DNA of 63,992 nucleotides, filler included, from Ministeria vibrans ATCC 50519 (Eukaryota; Protista; Filasterea): the NCBI GenBank assembly GCA_943704425.1. It is 7 parts of 7 records of this genome, joined end to end, with 100 filler letters (N's around TTAATTAATTAA, not from the genome) between each part and the next. Parts side by side here need not be neighbours in the genome. Positions count along the whole stretch, not along the records: positions 47,868 to 57,106 come from CALSCP010000926.1; positions 57,207 to 60,754 come from CALSCP010000686.1; positions 60,855 to 61,862 come from CALSCP010002673.1; positions 61,963 to 63,992 come from CALSCP010001121.1; 3 more parts are not named here. One strand, given 5' to 3'. The position numbers were made by a program, and so were the translations under genes. Below the pieces are notes generated by a model. The model ran no database searches. It was not told the DNA's origin and was given only the letters and a program-made list of their open reading frames with translations. Positions 48,986-63,992 of the stretch are shown here, one piece after another. Positions within the stretch are counted from its first letter, which is position 1; the number at the start of each line of letters is the position of its first letter.

Positions 48986-50138
48986 TCAATCGGAATCGTG
49001 ACGTCGACGAGGAGGAGGAGGAGGAGGAGGAGACGCAGAGTCGTGTCGTCGACGGGCAGGGGAGCTGGGAGAGGAGGAGCGTGACCGAGAGCGCGAATGC
49101 GAAGAGCGGGATGAGGAGGAGGAGGAAGAGGAGGAGGAGGAGGCAGATGGGGAGCGAGAAGGGCGACGGTCGCGGACGGGCGAGCGAGATGAGGAACGAC
49201 GACGTGAGTCACGACGGTCACGAACGGGCGAGCGAGATGGGGAACGACGACGACGCGAGTCCCGACGGTCACGAACGGGCGAGCGAGATGGAGATCGACG
49301 GCTACGCGAGTCGCGACGGCGATCATCACGACGCCGTGGAGAGGAGGAGCGCGAACGAGAACGTCGTCGTCTGTAGTCGCTGCCACGGTCGTTGTCACGT
49401 CGTGACGACGACTCGCGACCGCGCTCTCTTCTTGCCTCCTGCTCTGCTTCACGCACTCGCTGTCGTTCTTCCCACGCAACCTTTCGTTCCTCCTTGCGTC
49501 GCGCCTGTGCCTCTTCGTCAAAGGCAGCGCCCTCCTGAAATCCTTCGTCAATGCCAAACGCATTGCGCACTCGTCGCGACTTCTCCTCGTCCGCCTGCGC
49601 CCGCGAATGACTATCGCGCCCCCCGCCCGTCACCCGCGTCTCATTAGCCAGCATGGAGTGGCGCAGCGATGTAACCTTCTCGGCCACAACGTCGTCGCTG
49701 ACGCCCTGACTCTCCAGCGTATCCTGCAGTTCAATGCACTTGATCTCAATCTACGGAAACGCACAAGTCTCAGAGTGCTGTCGCGCATTACGCCGCCCCA
49801 CACCCCCCGACCAGATACCTGTCGTTTGCGTTCATGCTCCAGAATGGCCGCATTCGGTTTTCGGTTCACCAGAGTGTCGCTGTGGACGACAGAGAGAGGA
49901 GAATTAATGCATACCGTTCAAATCCAAATCCAAAAAAAAAAAAAAAAAAAAAAAACACGTCGTTGAAACCCGATAGTGAACGATGGTGGGGAACGAGAGG
50001 TAGATGCCACAGTGGGACAAGAGCATACCGTGCCGGTTCGATGCGCCGTTCGCGAGGACGAACGTGAGACATATTGCGCTGGACATAGCCACTGGTGCCG
50101 CTGCCGCGAGGCGTGCTCAACCCAATTCCGTTGTACAT
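48986..50138 (-). CDS. CWC21: Pre-mRNA splicing factor CWC21/SRRM2-like
   Basis: [46 protein letters not shown] and an RS-rich tail. Confidence 0.93.
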
Positions 50139-50339
50139 TGCAGAGAGTCAACGAAGTGTAGTAGAAGTAAGACTTAAGAGTGATGAGTGAGTGATCACTG
50201 ATCAGAGTGAAATTGAAATTGGAAATCAACACTCTTGGCACTTCCGATTGCTCAATGACCTTATTGACCATAAATCATAATTTTATATACTCCTCTTGCC
50301 ACTGTAACTTCCCACGCCACAGCTCCTTGGCGTACGTGC

Positions 50340-51853
50340 ATGCTCCTCCGAGCAGGCGCACGAGCGCCCCTTGCGTGTGTCCAGCGTCTCCTGCACACCT
50401 CCACCGTTGCCTTCCCAACCAGCACTGTCGACCCTGCCCGCCACTCTCGCCGCCACCAGCGCCTCCGAGGCTTTTACGACCGCCTTGCTCATAACATTGA
50501 GACGGTGGTCGGAGTCGAAAGGTACGAACATGCCAAGAAAGGACACAAAGAAGAAGAAAAAAAAAAAAAAAGTCTCTTGTTGGATTAAACGCACCCGTCA
50601 CGCATCCCATCCCAACCTGTGGTGGGCCTGCGTTGTCGCGCGGGCCTGTCCGACACGCATCGCCACACGGACTGACGGCAACGGCACTGCCTCTCGCCCC
50701 TCGTAGCAACCGCTGTCGGCGCGGCCTTAACGACGACCGCTTTGTCGTTGCCGAATTCAAAGACGACCCGACCATTCGCGTCCTTGGTGTCTATGACGGC
50801 CACGGCGGTCCTGGTGCTGCAGAGTTCTGTCGTGCGAACCTGCACGAGCGCATCTTCGAGCTGCTTCAGCAGGTACGCATTTCGCAATTGACGTTTCGTC
50901 ATGACGGAAATCCAATGAGGATCTTATGTTGCCCCTCCTCTCCTTCCCTCGCACAGTCGGCCGACGACAACCACGTTCCCGTACGCGACCTGAGTCGTCC
51001 TTGCATTGCAGAGGTGCTGCGCAACGCGTTTCTCGACGTCGACCACAGTTTTCTCGAGCACGTCCGTCTAAGGGTAGATGAACGTGGTGAAAATCAGTCG
51101 CCGGGTGCACTCAGCGACTTCACAGGCACCACGGCCACCGTTGCTCTCTTTGTGGGCAACTCTCTGTCTATTGCCAACGTTGGTGACTCGCCCGCTTGGC
51201 TCGTGGGCACCGATGTGCTGTCGCATCGTCTCACGGTGCGTCGCTGTACTCAACTCCACAAGACTGCCGTGCCTTCCGAGGCCCGTCGCATCCATTTAGC
51301 CGGCGGTTTCAATGTGGCCGGACTCGACGACGACGAAGACGTACATCAAAAAAAAAAAAAAGAAAGGACAGATATCACTCATACTTATTCTGGAAATATA
51401 TCCATTAGGGTCGAGTGCTGGGTATTCTAAACATGACACGGGCGATTGGGGACCGGCGACTCAAGCCATTTGGCGTCACAGCAGAGCCCAGCATTGTCCA
51501 GCACGTCATCACGCCAGACGACGCTTTCCTTCTCCTTGCAAGGTAACAGGACATCCCAATCCAATGTTTGTGTAGGGTCATTCTCACTCACTGTTTATCT
51601 CTTTGTCACTGTGTTTCTTTCTTCCTCCTCTCTCTTTATCACTTTGTTTCTATCTATCTATCTATCTCATAGTGATGGGTTGTTTGAGTGCACGCCCCCT
51701 ACAGATATCTTCAATACGCTCATGTCTGCGCCAACACCCACCGAGGCCGCCATGCGCGCCGCCCTTACCGCCGAACTCCAGCGCACCGAGGATAACACCA
51801 CAGCCCTCGTTGTCGCCCTTCCCGCTTGGGCCCGCAAGAGCCGCTTTCGGTGA
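50340..51853 (+). CDS. PP2C/PPM-family phosphatase, probably mitochondrial
   Basis: Arg-rich transit-like N-terminus; DDRF, VYDGHGG, GTTATVA, ANVGDS, TRAIGD, SDGLFE, EDNTTA. Confidence 0.9.
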
Positions 51854-51962
51854 TTCTCTTTCTATCGCTCTCTCTCTCTCTCTCTCCTGTTCTCCCCATT
51901 GTTGATGTTGTTGCTTTGATTTATATAAAACGTTTTCTCTCTCTTGTATAACATTCTAAAAC

Positions 51963-54900
51963 TCACTCGTTGGGAATTCTCATCATATCATTGATAGTCG
52001 CACGCCAGTGACTGGGTGGGGCAGCAAGACCGGCGTCGCGGATGAACGAGGTCGCAACGGAATTGGTCGGGTCGAGACGGTGCCCTGAGCCGCCAATGGT
52101 TGCACCGCACTCGGGACATCGAGTGCTCATCACTGCCCCACCACACTCGCCAATGGCGAACGGATGCCCGTTGGGACACTCAAACCAGTGGCCCCCAAAC
52201 GACCCCACCCCGCTGCCCACATCCCGCGCCATTGCTGCCGCCACCGCCCGCTTCTCCTCGGCCGTCACTTCCGTGTAAACCGGGCCCGACAGTCGCCGCT
52301 CCATCTGCTGCACACGTCCTTCCAGCGCCACCACTACCTCCGTGTCAACCAGATGCGCTATTAGTGATCGCGTGTGTCCCACCAGCGGCATCGCAGAGTT
52401 GCGCGGTACCAAGGTCGCAGCCGTCAGACACATGTTTGCTCCCAGCTCGCACAGCGCGCGCAACTTACTCTTAGACTGCGTCATTACACACAGCTTGACT
52501 CCAGCTTGAAGTATATCCCATGTCGTCTCAAACGCTGTCGCAATCCTCTGAGAAAGGTTTTTTTGCACAGTGTCGTCCGCTGAAGCGACAGCCACCAATA
52601 GTTTCAACAAGAGGGACGTGTACAGGCGCGCCACTATCATGCGCGGCTCAGTAGCGCGCGCAACCACATCCATAGCGTCCACTCCCACCGCTCCCTCTCC
52701 GTCGTTGCCTCCACTTGGTCCAGCACCATCGCATCGTACGACATTGCCGCCAGTCAGAGTGCGCCTGACTGCATCCATGCGAGCAGCAAGCGCACGTGCG
52801 GGATCAGCTGTGTCAAATCGACGCTGTAGCTCCTGCACAATCGCCACCAATTCCTCGTATGCGCTAAGCGTCATGGGCAGATGCTCGGCAACCTTTTCCT
52901 CGTAGACACCCGCCTCGCGACGGCACTCTAGCAAGTATCGTCGCGCAGATAGGTCGAGCTGAATGCGGTTCAGCAACCGTCCGTAGCGACGCACATTGTG
53001 AATCACCGCCTTGCAAAAGGGACACGTGGCGACTTTGAGGGCTCCGCCAGGAAACGGCAGGCAAGCGCCTGTGCCGAGCACATCGTAGTACTTGTGCAAC
53101 TCTACCGTGCCGTCAAGTGAGTCGACCGTGAACAAATGACCGCACGAGAGCATAATCAACGGCTCCTCCGTTGGGTCCGTCTCACCAAGGGTGCCCAGGG
53201 AAATGAGGTCAACTTGCCGCTCAAGATACTTCGGGTCGGCGCACTCACGACAACACGCACTCACGTCGGTGGTGGGGCACGGCTCGCCACACACAAGCGG
53301 ACACCGGTGGCCGCACTTTAGCACTTGGCCGCAGCGCTCGTTGCACAGGTCGCGCGTACAGGGCGCGCCACACGACGCTTCACACGCACCCTTGTGCTCA
53401 CACTTCCACGGACACTGCTCGGCACACAGATGGCACAGTTCGGCACAGAGCTTGTCGCAACTTGAGTGAACGCAGCGCACTCCACACTTCTCCTCGCACG
53501 GCGCACACTCAGTTGCACCATGACACCGACCCTTGCAAACGTGTCCGCAGAAGAGCATGCGACCACACTTGTGCGTGCAGGTGCCCGAGTGTCCATTGGG
53601 CGTGCCGTTCACCGCATAGCACTTGCCGCACGGTTCTTTGCACGCATGGCCACATTCACGCGGACGCTTACATTCGATGCGACACAAGCTGGCGAGCGCA
53701 TACGGCACCTGCGCATCGTCCACGTCCGCCGAGTACTCCTCAAACGCACGCACGGCATTCGTCGCCTGGTGGCACACAACGCGCTTCTTGTGTCCACACA
53801 GCGGGTGTGTAAACTCCACCAGAGCACCACATGGTTTCTGGCCAGCGCTGTACGCTGCAATCTGTCCACAGGGAACCACCACGTCATGCCCACAGTCAGG
53901 AAAGGTGAATGGAACGTCTTCAATACACAGATCGGGAACGCGGTCGTGGTCAAAGGACGCAGCGCCGTGGCACAGGCGAGGACACGAGTGACCGCACTTC
54001 AGACGCGTATTGCATGGTACACGGCAACCTCCGTCCCCACACAACTCGACAAACTCATTGGGCGCGCGAATTTCCGTGGTGTAATTGTGTTTGGGGCAGT
54101 ACAGTGGAATGTGGTTACCAATCGCACCACGCTCCTGCAGCTTGTCGAGCATGTCGTTGAAGAGGACGGCCCGCTTCGACCTGCGAACAGTCGTCGTGTT
54201 GGCCAGAATGTACATGCCATGGCGGGCGCGCGACATCATCACGTTGACACGATTGGACACTTTGAGGAAGCCCGTGCGACCCAAAGCGTTGCCACGCACC
54301 GCCGACACAATCACAATATCGCTCTCTTCACCCTGGTAATTGTCCACCGACGAGACACGCACAAGCGAGTGCAGTTGGCGAGACTCCTTGCTGATGCTAC
54401 TCGTGGCCGCTGACGGGCCGTCATCCGCACCACTGGCGATGTCGCTCCCGTCGTCGCTACTCGTGTCGCTCTCCTTTTCCTTGAAACGCTCCAACTCTTC
54501 CATGTCGCGCTCGTTGATAACCACCTCCATGCGCTGCTTGGCCAGCAGTCGACGAACTTCCATTAGTTGACCCACGTACGGCACGAGCACCACTATGCGA
54601 TCGTGCTGGAGCGCTTCTTCAGCGCGGTAGCCAAGACGCACAAAGTACTTGACCAGGCCCACAGCCATTTGCGCCTCGTGCGTGTTGCGGTAGCTTCGCT
54701 GCTGACCATCATCGCCGCCATTCTCGTTGTACTTATGATCGTAGACCCACACGCGGTGCTGGATACCGCGCACCATTGGATGTGCGTGCACCGCTTCGGC
54801 ATCCTGCAGCTGCGGGTACAAAATGGGTGTGCGCAACAGCTCACTAATGGCCGGATGCATGCGACGCTGCGCATTGAGTGTGCACAACGCACCGACGCGC

Positions 54901-56905
54901 TCCAGCTCAGCCGCATCCTTCAGATGATTCGTGTGCAAAGCAACGAGTCGTTCAAAAAGAGACAGGTCGACGTGCGACGTGCCGTGACGCGAATCCACCG
55001 AGAGCGAATATTCGACCGCCTTGGGGCGCAACTGCTGGTGATCGCCAATCATGATGAGCTGTTGCGTGCCGGCCGAGAGTGACGCGAGAATGTGCGCCTC
55101 AAAGACTTCGCCAGCCTCTTCACACACGATAATGGGCGCGCCTAACTGCTGCAGGATCTTCTGGTTACTTGCACAGCCGCTCGTCGTAGCACCAATCACT
55201 TTGCAGCCGCGAAGCACTCGTAGTGATGCCTCAGAGTTGATCGCCGACACAGCCTCGACACACTCAGTAAACGCCTGAACGTTGGACTCAAACGCGCCCC
55301 GCTCGTACTCTAACCAGTCCGCCTGGAGCTCCATCACGCGCGCGCGATTCTGGCTCACAAAGCGTTTCCACGACTTCTCGACCTTTCCACTCAATTCGAA
55401 TCCGTCTTCATCTCTGCCGTTGACAACGAGGCGCGCAATATCTGCGGTTGATTCGTCGGGGTAGTCACGTAGACAGCGGCGTGCAGTGTTCAGCGACGGG
55501 GGTTTGCCACGCGACGCTGCCTGTCGCCAGTTCATGTAGGTGTTTATGGACTCCTCAAGGCCCGACGAGCGCTCTTTCATCTTGTAAAACTCGTATCCCT
55601 CCCGCTTGCTTTGCTTCCCAACACAGAGCTTGTGAAGCGTGCGCGAACCCAGCCGCTCGGATGAACTACGACCACCGACGCGCACTATGTCGCTGAGGGG
55701 CACTCCGACGTCGAGGAGCGCCTCGAGCACCGCATCAAGCGCATGGTTGGTGTAGCATACGCAGAGAATGGGAAGTGCCGGTGGACGTGTCAAAGAGGGC
55801 ACACGAGGCGGAGCTTTGCCCTCCCACTGAACGGGTGGGAGTGAGTCACACGAGGCAAGTAGTACACGAATGAGCTGTATGCCAATGTATGTCTTGCCCG
55901 TGCCCGGCGGTCCTTGGATAAGAGACACGTCGCGAGAGAGCCCTGCCGCAAGCGAGTTGATCTGACTGGTGTCAAGCGCGAGGTGAGGCGCAATCGTTTC
56001 TGTGTGCAGCAAGTTGCGCAACTGTGTGTAGTTGTCGCAGCGCACACTCTTGAGACGCTGGCGCACCGCCTGTAACGTCGCGGGCGGAGCGGTGCTCTGT
56101 TGATTGACAAGACAGCTGAGGTCGAAACGCGTCTGCTCTGTCATGTACAGTGGTGCACGCGTGACGGGCGGCTCAAGCGTTCGCGTCATCTCAAAGGCAA
56201 GCGAGTCTAGCAGCGCAACAGTTGACGTGTCGTGGCTCTTCAGCGCATCCAACACGGGCCCATACGCCGGGTAGAAGTGCCCGCGTACCTGCAACAGCAC
56301 GCTCTCCGAGGCCATCTTCAATGCATGGGCGTGCACAGATGGCTCTTGGAATAGCTCTGTGAGACTGTCACGCAGCACCATCACTTCAATGTATGCACGC
56401 TGGGGATTATCATCCAGCTCCCGCGGAGCTTGCTTGATTACCGAGAATGCAATTTTTCGAACGTGGTTTCCTACGGTAAAAGTCGAATTGAGAGGGGGGG
56501 AGGAGTGAGAGGGAGAGGAAACAAAGTGATGAAGAGACAAATAAAGAGATAGTAAACGATAAAGAGATTTCCGAGGCAGCAAACAAAGTGATAAAGAGAT
56601 ATAGGAAACAAAGTGATAGAGAGAGAAAGAGAGACGTCTTCTTGCGCGTACCAGGGACATCGGACAAAGAATACGCATCCAATAGCAGACAAACTAGTGT
56701 TTGCTTCTGAAGCACACGCGCTCCACGTCCTTTCTCCCAAAAGTCCTTGCGGGCTTGGCGCAGCTTGCCGAATGGCTGGGCCACGGGTTCACCCTCCTTG
56801 TTGTGCATCTTGCGCTGATGCTCGGCATACACCCCGCGCTCGGTCTCGGCCAGAAGCACCGATGCGTCAAATGACACTTGCAACGACAGACCGTCTTTCA
56901 ACTGT
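51963..56905 (-). CDS. ZNFX1: ZNFX1-like SF1 (Upf1-like) helicase with NFX1 zinc fingers and C-terminal RZ finger; 5' part missing
   Basis: LIQGPPGTGKTY, CYTNHALD, CEEAGEV, IGDHQQLRP, LSLFERL, QRRMHP, VDNYQGEESD, NRVNVMMSRARHG; NFX1 Cys/His arrays; GHWFECPNGHPFAIGECGGA...CPECGATIGG..H. Confidence 0.92.
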
Positions 56906-56949
56906 GCGCCAGAAAGAAACCAAAAGTCAATAATAAAATTAGTTAATTA

Positions 56950-57025
56950 ATAATAATAAGAATAAGAATAAGAATAAGAATAAGAATAAGAATAAGAATA
57001 AGAATAAGAATAAGAATAAGAATAA

Positions 57026-57106
<81 letters not shown>
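56950..57106. repeat. (AATAAG)n and (AAT)n microsatellite
   Basis: Seen directly, in an intron at the contig end. Confidence 0.9.
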
Positions 57107-57206
57107 NNNNNNNNNNNNNNNNNNNNNNNNNNNNNNNNNNNNNNNNNNNNTTAATTAATTAANNNNNNNNNNNNNNNNNNNNNNNNNNNNNNNNNNNNNN
57201 NNNNNN

Positions 57207-59229
<2,023 letters not shown>

Positions 59230-59351
59230 ATCAAAATCTACTTAGAGAGTATTACAAAAACGAAGTAGTATTGAAAAGTTGTGCATTTCTTGTGGGGAGG
59301 GACGAAAAAAGAATGAAAAATGCGTGTCTGTGCAACAGAGATAGTGTGTGA

Positions 59352-60608
59352 TTAGCAACCACTGCCGTCTTCCAGCTCGCCCTGCTCTAGCACTTCCACA
59401 ATGACCTGTCGCTTATTCATTCTGCCACAGCACATCACAATAACGAGTAAAATATCATTAGAAAGAGAGAGAAAACACACACACACAACACACACACATA
59501 GAGCAGTCAAAAGGTTTGGTTTGCGTGTGCGTCATTAGCGTGATTTTTTACCGGGCATAGTCGAGAGGCGTTGCATTGTTGGTGTCGGTCACTTTCGTAT
59601 CTGCTCCCGCTCCCAAAAGCAACTGAAAACACACGCGGAAGGTCACATTATGCTTACGCTTGGCTTTCCATACACAAGAGACAGACACACACTCACACAC
59701 AGACAGACACACAAACAACTAAGAACACAAGTCCACAGACCTGTACGATAGCAGCATGCCCATTGCGTGCCGCCCAGTGGAGAGCAGTCCATCCCCCTCG
59801 ACCTGGCTCGTTGATCGCCAGTGGGCCCAACTTTTGAACCTGCAAGAGAATGTCAACAACACAGACACATTTTCACTCTTCTCAAACAACTGCGCGTGGG
59901 GGGCGTTTCCACGCTCCTCGGCGACGAGACAACGCTGTCCAAAGAACCACACCAATCCGGGCGGCCGGGCGCGTCGCAATGGGAGCGACAAGCGCAATTG
60001 GAAGACACAAACACACAGACAAAAAAAAAACGGTTTTACCTTCGGAAGCAGATCCATCACTTTATCGATATCGCCTAGTGGAAGACAACAGATGAGTGGT
60101 GTGCTCGTGACAACGGGCAGGCGCGGGCGGAGTGCGCAAGGGACTGGCTGTAGCGCGAGAGGGAGACGGAAGAGAGGGCGATCGCGTACCGTCCGACGAT
60201 GCCTTCCGCAGCGCTCTCCTCGAGTTCATTTCCTCGCCTGCCGACGACGTCGACGACGATGACGATCTTCTCGTGGACTCCAGATCCGCAAAGGGCAGTT
60301 TGGTGCCTCGGCGCTCGACTGAACGACCAAACGCGACGCGGAAAGACAACAATACAAACACAAAACGGGGTCAGCGACAAATGACGTTCCTCCGACGCCA
60401 CAGCGCAACCCCGACGCCGATCGGGCTGCTCTGGAGCAGGGTCACACGTACGCGAGTACTCGGGAATATCTGTGTCGCCCACGGGCGGCGGTGGCAGCGG
60501 GCGCGAAGGAGCACGCGTCCGGGGCGCCCCGTCGTCCCCGCACGGCGCTGCTCCCGGCGGTGGCGGCGGCGCTGCTCGTGATGGGATGTTGATTTCGTCC
60601 TCACTCAT
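59352..60608 (-). CDS. Ankyrin-repeat protein with proline-rich N-terminus
   Basis: Spliced exons give GWTALHWAARNGHAAIVQ and LLLGAGADTKVTDTNNATPLDYA. Confidence 0.8.
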
Positions 60609-60854
60609 TGTGCTTGATCAGAAACCAAAAGGTGTAAGTTTGAATAATTGAGACTGATCAAAAAAAAACCCGATTTTTTTCAAAAACTCGATATCGAGTA
60701 AAAACGTTTTGAAACTTGTGATTTGCTATTGTTTGTCACAAAGAGGGGATTTTGNNNNNNNNNNNNNNNNNNNNNNNNNNNNNNNNNNNNNNNNNNNNTT
60801 AATTAATTAANNNNNNNNNNNNNNNNNNNNNNNNNNNNNNNNNNNNNNNNNNNN

Positions 60855-61862
60855 CGGACTCGAGGCACACTCGTCCAACTCGCTGTCGCACACGGTGCCT
60901 GTGAAACCCGAGGCACACACACAGGAATAGCCGTTGACGGTGTCTACGCATGTGGCGCCATTGGTACACGGCGACGACTCACACTCGTCCTTGTTCGTCT
61001 CGCAGTGCGTGCCAAAGAAGCCAAGCACACATGAACAGGTGAAGCCGGCAATGCCGTCGTTGCAGGTGGCGCCGTTCTCGCACGGGCTCGATGCACACTC
61101 GTCAATGTCCTTGTCGCAATGCACACCGTCGTAGCCCAGGACGCAGTCACATGTGTACGACGTCACACCGTCAAGGCAGGTGGCACCGTTCTCGCACGGA
61201 TTCGACACACAATCATCAATGTTGTTCTCGCAATGACCACCGTTGTAGCCGGCTGCGCAGTCGCACGTGTACGATGTCACACCATCACGGCAGGTGGCAC
61301 CGTTCTCGCACGGGTTCGATGCACAGTCGTCAATGTTATTCTCGCACTGCACACCGTTGTAGCCGAGAACGCAGTCACATGTGTGCGACGCCACACCATC
61401 AAGGCAGGTGGCACCATTCTCGCACGGGCTTGACGCACACTCATCAATGTTGTTCTCGCATTGCACGCCGTCGTAGCCGGCAGCGCAGTCGCATGTGTAC
61501 GACGTTACTCCGTCAAGGCATACAGCACCGTTCTCGCACGGGCTCGATGCACAGTCATCAATGTTGTTCTCGCAATGATCGCCGTTGTAGCCGGCAACGC
61601 AGTCGCATGTATACGATGTGACTCCGTCGTTGCAGGTGGCACCGTTCTCGCAAGGGTTTGACGCACAGTCGTCAATGTTGTTCTCGCAATGACCACCGTT
61701 GTAGCCCAAAACGCACTCACACGAGTAGGACGTCACACTGTCACGGCAGGTCGCGCCGTTCTCGCACGGGTTTGACGCACACTCATCAATGTTGTTCTCG
61801 CATTGCACGCCGTTGTAGCCGGCAACACAGTCGCACGTGTACGATGTCACACCATCAAGGCA
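60855..61862 (-). CDS. Fragment of a tandem calcium-binding EGF-repeat protein
   Basis: ~9 units of 38 aa/114 bp, [37 protein letters not shown]. Confidence 0.9.
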
Positions 61863-62052
61863 NNNNNNNNNNNNNNNNNNNNNNNNNNNNNNNNNNNNNN
61901 NNNNNNTTAATTAATTAANNNNNNNNNNNNNNNNNNNNNNNNNNNNNNNNNNNNNNNNNNNNGGGGGGTGGGGGGCGATGACCCTGGCTGGGTGTTGAAC
62001 GAATGTTGAACGAGGGTTGTACAATTGCTTCTTTAATATGTATTATTTTTAG

Positions 62053-62566
62053 TGGTTTTCATTGATGGTTCAGGCGCCGACGGACGGAATGGTCTCAACG
62101 GAACTGGAACAAGCGTTTTTGGTAATGGTCCTCACGGTGGGCACGGCGAGCCAGGACATGATGGGATGAATGTTGTTGTCCATGCGAGTGCCGTTGAAAA
62201 TGGCACTGTGATGCTCTTCGAAACTTCTTGTAAGCGTTTTCCCTCGAGGGTCGATGTGACGAACTGACGATGTGATTCACGCTTACATTGATCGCCTTCT
62301 GGCTGTTTTAGTCCAAGGTGGAAAGTCGAAACTAAAACCAATTAAAGTGCCCACGAGCAACCAGACGGAAACGCTCGTTCTGCGCTCCACCGGTGGCAAC
62401 GGTGGCAATGGCGGTGATGGTAGCGAAGGTGCTCGTGGTCGCGACGGTAAACCTGGTAACAAGCAAAATTTACAAAGCGGGAACGGTGGTGACGGTAGCA
62501 ACGGAGGCAACGGAGGCAATGGTACGACTTGCATTTTATTTTAGTTTTGGTTGCTTCACTCCCTCC

Positions 62567-62647
<81 letters not shown>

Positions 62648-63992
62648 TTCCCAGCGGGTCGTGGTGGAAATGGCGGCGAGATTTGTCTTTGCGTTGCATC
62701 CCACGACATGGACATTGTCATGGTCCTGGAGGAGCACCCAGTCTACTCAGCTGGCGTCAGTGGCCAGCCGGGCTCTGCCGGTGCGGGAGGGCGTGGCGGT
62801 AAGGGCGGACCGGCATTTCGGTATGACGAACCAATCTATAACGGCGATGGCTATGTTGGTTCGCATTATTACGATATCAAGGCGGGAAAAGCCGGTACGA
62901 AATTTTCATATGAACATCTGTCGAATGTTAATATTAATTAAAGTTAATAGGGAAAAAGGGTCGCGATGGTTACGACGGCAAGCCAGCGAGCAATGGGACA
63001 CCGGGGAAGTTCTCCATTTTGGTCGACTGGGGCACGGGCAACGTGAAGTCGTACAAAACTCCGTACCACTGTGTGATTGCTATGCCCTCCGTGAGCCAGC
63101 TGCCGGTGACCGGCAATGGCATCATTGAGCCGGGCGTGGTCGTGAACACTCTTTTTGACGTTGTCAACGAGGGTGGCATGCCCACGCCCGTCAGCCAGGC
63201 ACTCTTCTTTGGTGTCCATGACAACTCGTGGGTGCAGTTTAACATCTCAGGCGACTGCTTTGCCATGCGCTCGTCACTGGCGCCAGGTCATCGCACTTCA
63301 GTGTCTCTCCGTTGGATGGTCACGCCGCGGACAAGCCCGATATTGGGCAACCCCCTGCGGGCATATACCACACTTGATTACTTTGGCGGTACTTATAGCT
63401 TAGTCACGAGCACACACATATACTGTCTGACAATCGGTTCTCTCTTTGTTTAGTCGTGGAGCGCGTGAACCGTCCTTTCTGGAGGATGAAGGATCAAAAG
63501 TCGTCAGTTCTCGTGCAACACCCAGTGCATGCGAGTATCGTCAGTGGTCCGTCGGTTGTGCTGCGCGGCGACGAAGCCCCTCTTGGCGTCTGCCTGCAAA
63601 ACGTGAGCGCCTGCGCTTTGGGCAGTCATGCGTCAAATCCGCGACACCTGTCGCTGGCGCTGACCGTTGAACTCATTGCCGAAGGCCTGTCTAAGTCGAG
63701 TGGCACTGGCGACTGGGCCACGCTGGTCGGCGCCGACGGAACGCGCGCCGGCGACAAACTCGTCGTCTCCAAGTCGAACATGGCCGCGCACAGTGCCCCC
63801 GAGCTCACGTGGGCCTCCCTCTCCATCTCCAACGCCGCTCCCTTTTACAGTCGCTTCAAGATTTGCTCTTCCCTTCAGCTCGGTGACGTCAATGACTTTG
63901 CCCGTCCTTCCGCCATCCAAGAGCGCTTCTTCGAAGTACTCGTATCCGAAGTGCTGGCGTTTGTGCTTGACTCGCAGTTGCTCAACCGTCCC
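62053..63992 (+). CDS. Glycine-rich (GxxG repeat) hypothetical protein, partial, multi-exon
   Basis: GADGRNGLNG and GGNGGNGGDG repeats followed by a globular region (GIIEPG...NEGGMPTP). GT-AG introns. Confidence 0.65.

Noticed and set aside
56955-57030. (AATAAG)n as a telomeric repeat
   Set aside because: It is intronic, grades into (AAT)n and is not G-rich.

Overview
This is intron-rich eukaryotic DNA with GT-AG introns and abundant (GA)n/(AAT)n microsatellites. A receptor tyrosine kinase together with an Spt23/Mga2-like factor suggests a unicellular opisthokont or holozoan (inference). The window is at least 7 separate pieces joined by artificial N-padded TTAATTAATTAA spacers, so adjacency across 27061, 41793, 47812, 57151, 60799 and 61907 is not physical. 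Housekeeping genes are DP, ERK-type MAPK, CDK1/2 (with two 5-nt microexons), CSN4, CWC21, PP2C, a DENN GEF and a SAM methyltransferase. The most notable content is a set of innate-immunity or cell-death-like proteins. (1) An 11-exon, 1485-aa WD40-Roc-COR-caspase-like fusion (2788-8158, minus), hidden in the ORF track, with six consecutive WD40 repeats each on its own 126-nt phase-2 exon; a second caspase-domain paralog lies at 47868-48424. (2) An intronless HEPN-NB-ARC-WD40 Apaf-1-like NLR (22301-26521) abutting a viral-type D5/SF3 helicase fragment. (3) A ZNFX1-like helicase with an RZ finger. (4) A giant EGF-repeat RTK with a blue-copper cupredoxin domain inserted inside an EGF repeat and a juxtamembrane ZU5-like domain ending in HFS.
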